From: Methanobacteriota archaeon
GTDB taxonomy: Archaea; Thermoplasmatota; Poseidoniia; Poseidoniales; Thalassarchaeaceae
Assembly: GCA_002712285.1 (NCBI GenBank)
Contig: PATC01000023.1
Span: forward strand, 809-64,808
DNA length: 64,000 bases
Direction: 5' to 3'
Made by a program: the position numbers and the translations under genes. This document shows, piece after piece, positions 58,611 through 64,000 of this stretch. The notes below the pieces were generated by a model. That model ran no database searches. It was not told where the DNA came from and saw only the letters and a list, made by a program, of their open reading frames with translations. Numbering within the stretch: position 1 is the stretch's first letter; every line of letters begins with the position of its first letter.

Positions 58611-61600
58611 ATGTCTACATCCGGATGGGAATCTCTTCATCCCGATGTACAGAGAATCGTGATAGATAGAAAATGGACACCTACGCCTATCCAAACAGCA
58701 GCGATGAATGCTTTACTCAACAACGAAGATGCCCTTCTCGTAGCACCCACTGGTTCAGGAAAAACGGAATCTGCAATTCTTCCCGTTGTCTCTAATACTC
58801 TCAATCAAGAGAGTCCACTAAGTTCTATACTCTACATTACTCCGCTACGTGCCTTGAATCGAGATGTTGAAAGACGTCTCCCTGAAATCTGTGAACCACT
58901 AGGACTTACAGTCGGTCTACGACATGGCGATACTCCACAAAACGAAAGACAAAAGCAATCAAGGAAACCACCTCATCTGTGGATTACTACTCCTGAGACA
59001 TTGCAAATCATGCTTCTTGGATCCCGATTACGTGAACATCTGAAATCTGTTCGAACAGTAATTATCGATGAGGTTCACGATCTTGCGGCCTCAGAACGTG
59101 GATCACAACTCCTCCTTGGCCTTGAGCGCCTTGATGCACTTTCTAAAAATCGATTACAACGGATTGGATTGTCAGCCACTGTCGGTAATCCAAAAGAGAT
59201 TGCTAGGTGGTTATCAGATACTGCTTCTGTAATCCATGGATATGCACCTCGTGAAACTGATATCAGAGTACATGCACCTGAACCGAGTTCAGAAGATAGG
59301 ATTCTTTCGAAGGACTGGGGTACTAGTGCAGAGGCTGTGGCATCATTTCGTCATGTTGCTCAACTAGTGAAAGATGAACGTCCGTCTCTGATCTTTGTAA
59401 ATAGTAGGAATGCGGCAGAAACAGTAGCTCTCCGGATGCAAGCAATCGCTCCAGAGCTTGAAATTGGTGTCCATCACGGTAGCCTCGCACGAGAAACGAG
59501 AACTGAGATGGAGAAACGTCTTCAGCAAGGTGAAATCGATGCACTAATCTGTACAAGTAGTATGGAACTCGGAATCGATGTAGGTAGTATCAAGCGTGTT
59601 CATCAGATTGAAAGTCCACGTGCGGTAGATCGTATGCTCCAACGTGTAGGAAGAGCCGAACACGTACTCGGAGGGGTTGGCCGTGGAGATCTTATTGCAT
59701 GGAAATCCGATGATATCGCTGAAGGCGTAGTAATAGGTCGAAGGGCAGTTGTCGGAGATATTGAACCAATAGGATGGCGGGAACATCCTCGTAATGTTGC
59801 AACTAATCAACTGGTTCTCCTAACACTGCAGGAAGGATGGGTGAGATGCGATCAAGCAACATTGCTCCTAGAGAAATGTCATCTCTTTGATGGCTGGACA
59901 CATCATGATACGATGGAACTCCTGAGATTACTTGACGATCGACGAATGATTCGACTTGTAGAGAATATCGAGAATAGTGACCCATTCAGATGGCCTCCAG
60001 TTCTATGGAGGATGATTGCTGCAGGATTGAAAGGTGTTCCCGAAGAACGACCTCGTTTGGAATCGTTAGAAAAAGAAAATGAAGCGAATTTAGAACATGT
60101 TAGACGAACGATGAGGAAAGCAGTTCCAAAGGAACTGAAAGAACATGGTTGGTTTGGTCCTGGAGCTAAAACTGCAGACGTTCGAAACCGTGGAGTATCA
60201 ATGATTCCAGATTCAGAACGTTATCTTGTCAGAGATGCAGTGACAAGAGCGGCCATCGGTTCTCTGGATGAAGCCTTTGTCATGGGTATTCGTGACGAAG
60301 AAGACGGACCTACCATGTTTGTGATGGCTGGACGAACTTGGATAATCATTGATGCTGATCCTGAAGCGTCTGAACTTACAGTCGCGCCGGCAGCATTGCG
60401 AGGAGAAGCACCCGTATGGTTCGGTGAACTACCTCCTGTACCTGCTAAAGTGGCGAGAGAAGTTGGTCGATTGAGGCTCATGGTAGCGAATGAAATAGGA
60501 GGGCAAGAGATGTCATCTTCTGGAGAAGTTCCACACCTCATCGGTGGCCATATTGATACTAATCTCGAAGATTATCAATGGAGTAACGAAGCGAAGAATC
60601 GATTCGTGACTTCAGTTGTCGATCACCTAGATTCTACAGGAAGTATTCCTCACGCTGGACTTTGGACTATTGAACAAAGACAGGACGCAATTGTGTTGAA
60701 TACTTGTCAAGGGACACGAATCAATCAGACATTATCGGATCTTACGCAGGCAATGGCCTCGATGATAGACGGAAAAATTGGAATTACAATTGTAGATCCA
60801 TATCGGATCCACCTCAAAATCCCCGGATTGACAATACCTCATCTGGAAAGAATACTCCTTGAAACACGACCTGATACAATAGAGAGTATACTTCGGATGA
60901 CTACACCGAACTCTAGAGCATTACGTTCTCGTGTCGTCGAAATTGCGAAAATCATGGGTGTTATTCAACGAGGTATCGACCCTCGTTCTGTAAATGTTCA
61001 AGGTATAATCAGACGTTATCAGAATGGACCACTCGTTAACGAGGCTTTGGACAAACTATTCCATGAACGATTAGACTTGGATGGAGCTCAAGATGTTCTT
61101 CAAGCCCTTCAAGAAGGTCACATAGGGCTCAATATGACTGCTGCGGGAACTCTCGGCCGATCTGAAAGAGCAGAACGTGATTTACTACTTCCAACCTATA
61201 GTGACAAAGAAATTCGTAAACAGGTCGAAGAACGCTTACTCAACGAGCGAATCGTCCAGATCTGCTTGAATTGTGGAGACATTTCACGACGTCGAGTCGC
61301 AAGATTTCCTGAGAGGAGTGATGCATGTGTCTGTGGTGGACGTCTGAGAGCGACTGCAGCCGAATCACTAGAAGCACGTCTTCGAGACTGGGTTTCCGAT
61401 GAGACGCCCAAGACTCGACAAAGAATGATGAAAAATGCTGAGATTGTTGCTGATCGAGGATTAGATGCTGTACTATGTCTTGTAGCTCGTGGCATAGGCG
61501 AACAAACAGCGATTCGTATCCTATCAAGAGTAGGGCAAGGTGAACGGCTATTACTTCTACGAGCTATTCACGATGCTGAAATCAATTATGCTCGAACTAG

Positions 61601-61616
61601 TCGATACTGGTCATAA
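58611..61616 (+). CDS. lhr: Lhr-type ATP-dependent DNA helicase (superfamily 2) with C-terminal zinc ribbon
   Basis: Q-motif/Walker A (PTPIQTAAM...VAPTGSGKTESA), DEVHD, SATVGN and HHGSLARETR helicase motifs. C-terminal CLNCGD...CVCGG zinc ribbon. Confidence 0.8.
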   Translation: MSTSGWESLHPDVQRIVIDRKWTPTPIQTAAMNALLNNEDALLVAPTGSGKTESAILPVVSNTLNQESPLSSILYITPLRALNRDVERRLPEICEPLGLTVGLRHGDTPQNERQKQSRKPPHLWITTPETLQIMLLGSRLREHLKSVRTVIIDEVHDLAASERGSQLLLGLERLDALSKNRLQRIGLSATVGNPKEIARWLSDTASVIHGYAPRETDIRVHAPEPSSEDRILSKDWGTSAEAVASFRHVAQLVKDERPSLIFVNSRNAAETVALRMQAIAPELEIGVHHGSLARETRTEMEKRLQQGEIDALICTSSMELGIDVGSIKRVHQIESPRAVDRMLQRVGRAEHVLGGVGRGDLIAWKSDDIAEGVVIGRRAVVGDIEPIGWREHPRNVATNQLVLLTLQEGWVRCDQATLLLEKCHLFDGWTHHDTMELLRLLDDRRMIRLVENIENSDPFRWPPVLWRMIAAGLKGVPEERPRLESLEKENEANLEHVRRTMRKAVPKELKEHGWFGPGAKTADVRNRGVSMIPDSERYLVRDAVTRAAIGSLDEAFVMGIRDEEDGPTMFVMAGRTWIIIDADPEASELTVAPAALRGEAPVWFGELPPVPAKVAREVGRLRLMVANEIGGQEMSSSGEVPHLIGGHIDTNLEDYQWSNEAKNRFVTSVVDHLDSTGSIPHAGLWTIEQRQDAIVLNTCQGTRINQTLSDLTQAMASMIDGKIGITIVDPYRIHLKIPGLTIPHLERILLETRPDTIESILRMTTPNSRALRSRVVEIAKIMGVIQRGIDPRSVNVQGIIRRYQNGPLVNEALDKLFHERLDLDGAQDVLQALQEGHIGLNMTAAGTLGRSERAERDLLLPTYSDKEIRKQVEERLLNERIVQICLNCGDISRRRVARFPERSDACVCGGRLRATAAESLEARLRDWVSDETPKTRQRMMKNAEIVADRGLDAVLCLVARGIGEQTAIRILSRVGQGERLLLLRAIHDAEINYARTSRYWS

Positions 61617-61652
61617 CGGAAGCATAATCGAGGCGAAAAGGATGCGACTGGT

Positions 61653-62204
61653 ATGCTCTTAGGAATAACCGGACGGAACGCGGCTGGAAAGACAACGATT
61701 GTCGAAATCCTTGTGGAACGTGGTTGGACAGGGTGTTCTTGCTCGGATGCTATTCGATCTTGGTTACGCGATAATGGTCAAGAGATTAATCGAGAAAACC
61801 TGACTCAAGGTGGACGAACACTCCGTTCTGAAGGTGGACCTGGCATTCTCGCAGAACGTCTTCTAGACCAAATCGACCCTATGATACCCACAGTGATTGA
61901 CTCGATTCGTACTCCCGACGAGGTCAAAGCCCTCAGGTCACGAGACAGTTTTCGATTAATCGAAGTCGTCGCATCCACGGACTTACGGTGGAAACGAATG
62001 CAGATTCGAGGCCGTTCAGGCGACCCTACAAATTACACCTCTTTCCTTGCACAGGAAGATGCTGAAGCAGTCGCAGAAAATTCTGCTGGCCAAGCATTGG
62101 ACGCTACTGCTGCTCTGGCAGATATTCTAATTGTAAATGATTCAGGAATGGATAATCTCAACAATGCAATAGATGAGATAATCGAATCACTCGGTCTCAT
62201 CTGA
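61653..62204 (+). CDS. P-loop nucleotide kinase (dephospho-CoA-kinase/adenylate-kinase-like, UPF0200-type)
   Basis: Walker A GITGRNAAGKTT at the N-terminus, ~183 aa. Confidence 0.45.
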   Translation: MLLGITGRNAAGKTTIVEILVERGWTGCSCSDAIRSWLRDNGQEINRENLTQGGRTLRSEGGPGILAERLLDQIDPMIPTVIDSIRTPDEVKALRSRDSFRLIEVVASTDLRWKRMQIRGRSGDPTNYTSFLAQEDAEAVAENSAGQALDATAALADILIVNDSGMDNLNNAIDEIIESLGLI

Positions 62205-62696
62205 AGAAACAGACCGAACCTCTAGACCTGCTTCTTTCATCATAGACATAGACATGTCAAAGTCAGCAACCCATCGCTCTGGTACATCGATATTTTCTGG
62301 GAATACAACTTCTACGACACCGGCTTGAATCAGTGAACGAGCACAGCGCGTACATGGTGGCCACGTAACATATGCGACACATCCTTTGAGAGATACTCCA
62401 ACACGTGCAGCATGCATAATCGCATTCTCTTCAGCATGACAGATTAGAGGATACTTCTGATTTCGATCATCGAGCCTTTCTGAAGAATCCTCAATACCTC
62501 TCGGAAATCCATTGAATCCAGTAGACCGAATCTCACGATCGGAACCTACGACAACACAACCAACCTTAGTTGATGGATCTTTACTCCAATCAGAAATATG
62601 GCCCGCAAGGTGGAGGAAGCGCTGATCCCACTTGTTACTCACAGACTCACCGAATCGTCGGGGAAGGTTACAACCTATGGTTGCTTTGTTAGTCAT
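62187..62696 (-). CDS. dCMP deaminase (cytidine/deoxycytidylate deaminase family)
   Basis: HAEENAI...PCTRCA zinc-binding motifs (H-A-E ... PC..C). The true start may be an internal GTG (VSNKWDQRF). Its start overlaps the folC-like stop (ATGA). Confidence 0.8.
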   Translation of the reverse strand: MTNKATIGCNLPRRFGESVSNKWDQRFLHLAGHISDWSKDPSTKVGCVVVGSDREIRSTGFNGFPRGIEDSSERLDDRNQKYPLICHAEENAIMHAARVGVSLKGCVAYVTWPPCTRCARSLIQAGVVEVVFPENIDVPERWVADFDMSMSMMKEAGLEVRSVSSDETE

Positions 62697-64000
62697 TCAT
62701 CAAGAAAAGGAGATGAAGTTAGACTTTGAAGATCTTCGAAACTATCCTTGTCAAGAAGTTGAAGGAGGTCCCCAATTAGGTACAAGCTACCGAATGCCCA
62801 TACGGTTCCGGTGACACCGTCGAGGACACTATTCGATGCGCCTGCCCTCGCCTCCTCCATCGCTACATCGAGTGCTACCCTTACATTCGGCCGCACCTGT
62901 ACTCGGGCACCTGGATGATGCTGCCTGACACAATCAAGTAGATTGTCAGCGGATATTGGAGGCGTTCGTCCACTAGTTGGTTCAGTAAGGACAAGCATTG
63001 GGTCATCCATCGCAACCATGAGTTCTACTAATGGATGAAGGAAAGCATCGATATCATCTTGCTGAGTAGCACCGAAGACAATGGCATCCGGGCAAAAGTA
63101 TCGACCTGCATCTTCTTCTCTTCCGCGACGGACAATCAGTTCCTCTGTTAGTCGAGTCAAGCCACTCGGATTATGAGCACAGTCGAGTAAGAAGCCGATA
63201 TCGTGAGGTCCGTCAAACTCCTGCATCCTTCCAGGCCACGTTGTACACTCTACGACTGTTGAAGCCAATGGGGGATTTTCACCCAACAGAAGTGCTGCAT
63301 ATTGAGCAAGCATGGCATTATCATATAGCATCGGCATATGTCCATCAAAGAAACCTAGAGGAATGAGAATGCCGTCTCCGTCACTTAATCCACGAACTGC
63401 TTCATTTGAATCCTCAAACGAATAAAGTTCCATACGATCACCCCTAAACCAGTAACCTTTGGAGTTATTACATGCCTTCTCGATTTCTTTTCTAACACCC
63501 TTATCATAGGGCCATCGTGCAAGCATCTTAGATCCAGGTCTAGCAATCGCTGCCTTTTCTCTTGCAATTTTCTTCAAACTATCTCCAAGAATTGAACGAT
63601 GCTCACGAGATATATCTGTTAGGATTGTAAGGTCTGCGATACATGTACGCGTTGCATCTAATCGGCCCCCTAAACCTGTCTCAATCACTGCACGATCTAC
63701 ACCTGTTGCACGGAATATAATCATCGAAGCAAGGAACAATGTCTCGAAATATGATAATTCAATTGCTGGAGCATCTGCTGCAAGTGTTCGGATGGCATGA
63801 AGAGCCCGATCTAACTGCTTTGGATCGATAAGTTTGCCATCGATTCGAATCCGTTCCTCGACATGACATAGATGAGGTGAAGAAAATAATCCGACCATAT
63901 TCCCACATAAAGTCAAGGAATTAGCAAGATGGGCAGCAGTAGTTCCCTTTCCGTTCGAACCAGCAATGTGCACACAAGGGAAATGCATGTGCGGCATATC
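62693..64000 (-). CDS. folC: folylpolyglutamate synthase / dihydrofolate synthase (Mur ligase family), N-terminus beyond window
   Basis: HIAGSNGKGTTA P-loop of FolC. In complete FolC proteins this motif sits ~40 aa from the N-terminus, so the gene probably continues past position 64000. Confidence 0.7.
   Translation of the reverse strand, partial: DMPHMHFPCVHIAGSNGKGTTAAHLANSLTLCGNMVGLFSSPHLCHVEERIRIDGKLIDPKQLDRALHAIRTLAADAPAIELSYFETLFLASMIIFRATGVDRAVIETGLGGRLDATRTCIADLTILTDISREHRSILGDSLKKIAREKAAIARPGSKMLARWPYDKGVRKEIEKACNNSKGYWFRGDRMELYSFEDSNEAVRGLSDGDGILIPLGFFDGHMPMLYDNAMLAQYAALLLGENPPLASTVVECTTWPGRMQEFDGPHDIGFLLDCAHNPSGLTRLTEELIVRRGREEDAGRYFCPDAIVFGATQQDDIDAFLHPLVELMVAMDDPMLVLTEPTSGRTPPISADNLLDCVRQHHPGARVQVRPNVRVALDVAMEEARAGASNSVLDGVTGTVWAFGSLYLIGDLLQLLDKDSFEDLQSLTSSPFLDE

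Noticed and set aside
1-64000. CRISPR arrays, rRNA genes, IS/transposase genes, integrases
   Set aside because: No regularly spaced direct repeats, no rRNA-like conserved stretches, and no DDE or tyrosine-recombinase-like ORFs were seen in any frame.

Overview
This 64 kb window looks like a single chromosomal stretch of an archaeon. My guess is a marine Thermoplasmatota (MGII/Poseidoniales-like) genome with roughly 48-50% GC, but the taxon is inference only. Archaeal hallmarks read from the translations are an Hjc Holliday-junction resolvase, an MC1 chromatin protein, a CDC48/VAT unfoldase, Lrp/AsnC regulators, an Ncs6/TtuA-type tRNA thiolase, a Sec11-type signal peptidase, and TATA-like boxes 25-40 nt upstream of several ATGs (short-leader transcripts). 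Gene density is high, with many 4-nt ATGA overlaps.

In order along the window:
- the tail of a Tad/archaeal type-IV-pilus-like locus (two T2SSF-domain membrane proteins plus two pilin-like genes);
- the pyrBI operon with an Lrp regulator;
- an HddA-like GHMP sugar kinase;
- large secreted/anchored surface proteins (6.6-9.4 kb, 42.3-47.5 kb with a PA14 domain, 53.5-58.6 kb);
- gluconeogenic and repair genes (exonuclease III, eukaryote-type class I FBP aldolase, GlpX);
- moaE-moaC;
- a CoA-ester catabolic cluster (FAD oxidoreductase, two crotonases, a BoxB-like diiron epoxidase, 3-hydroxyacyl-CoA dehydrogenase, aldehyde dehydrogenase, EamA and SemiSWEET transporters);
- a Roadblock/LC7 gene followed by a 1059-aa Roadblock-fused coiled-coil protein;
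- a tightly packed minus-strand operon CDC48 - PRC-barrel - DUF4350-like - DUF58 - polytopic membrane protein with no MoxR ATPase;
- an ALDH7-like dehydrogenase;
- a succinate dehydrogenase operon (5-TM anchor, SdhA, SdhB);
- MC1 and a stand-alone RAM-domain protein;
- a Macro-domain gene abutting tRNA-Gly(CCC);
- a divergent YqgF-like/Hjc nuclease pair;
- an S2P protease and a signal-peptidase-like gene;
- an Lhr helicase, dCMP deaminase and a truncated FolC.

I found no rRNA, CRISPR array or obvious transposase. The most novel candidates are the MoxR-less CDC48-DUF58 membrane operon, the Roadblock/giant coiled-coil pair, the BoxB-like cluster, and a recurrent C-terminal TM-plus-acidic-tail architecture shared by several envelope proteins.
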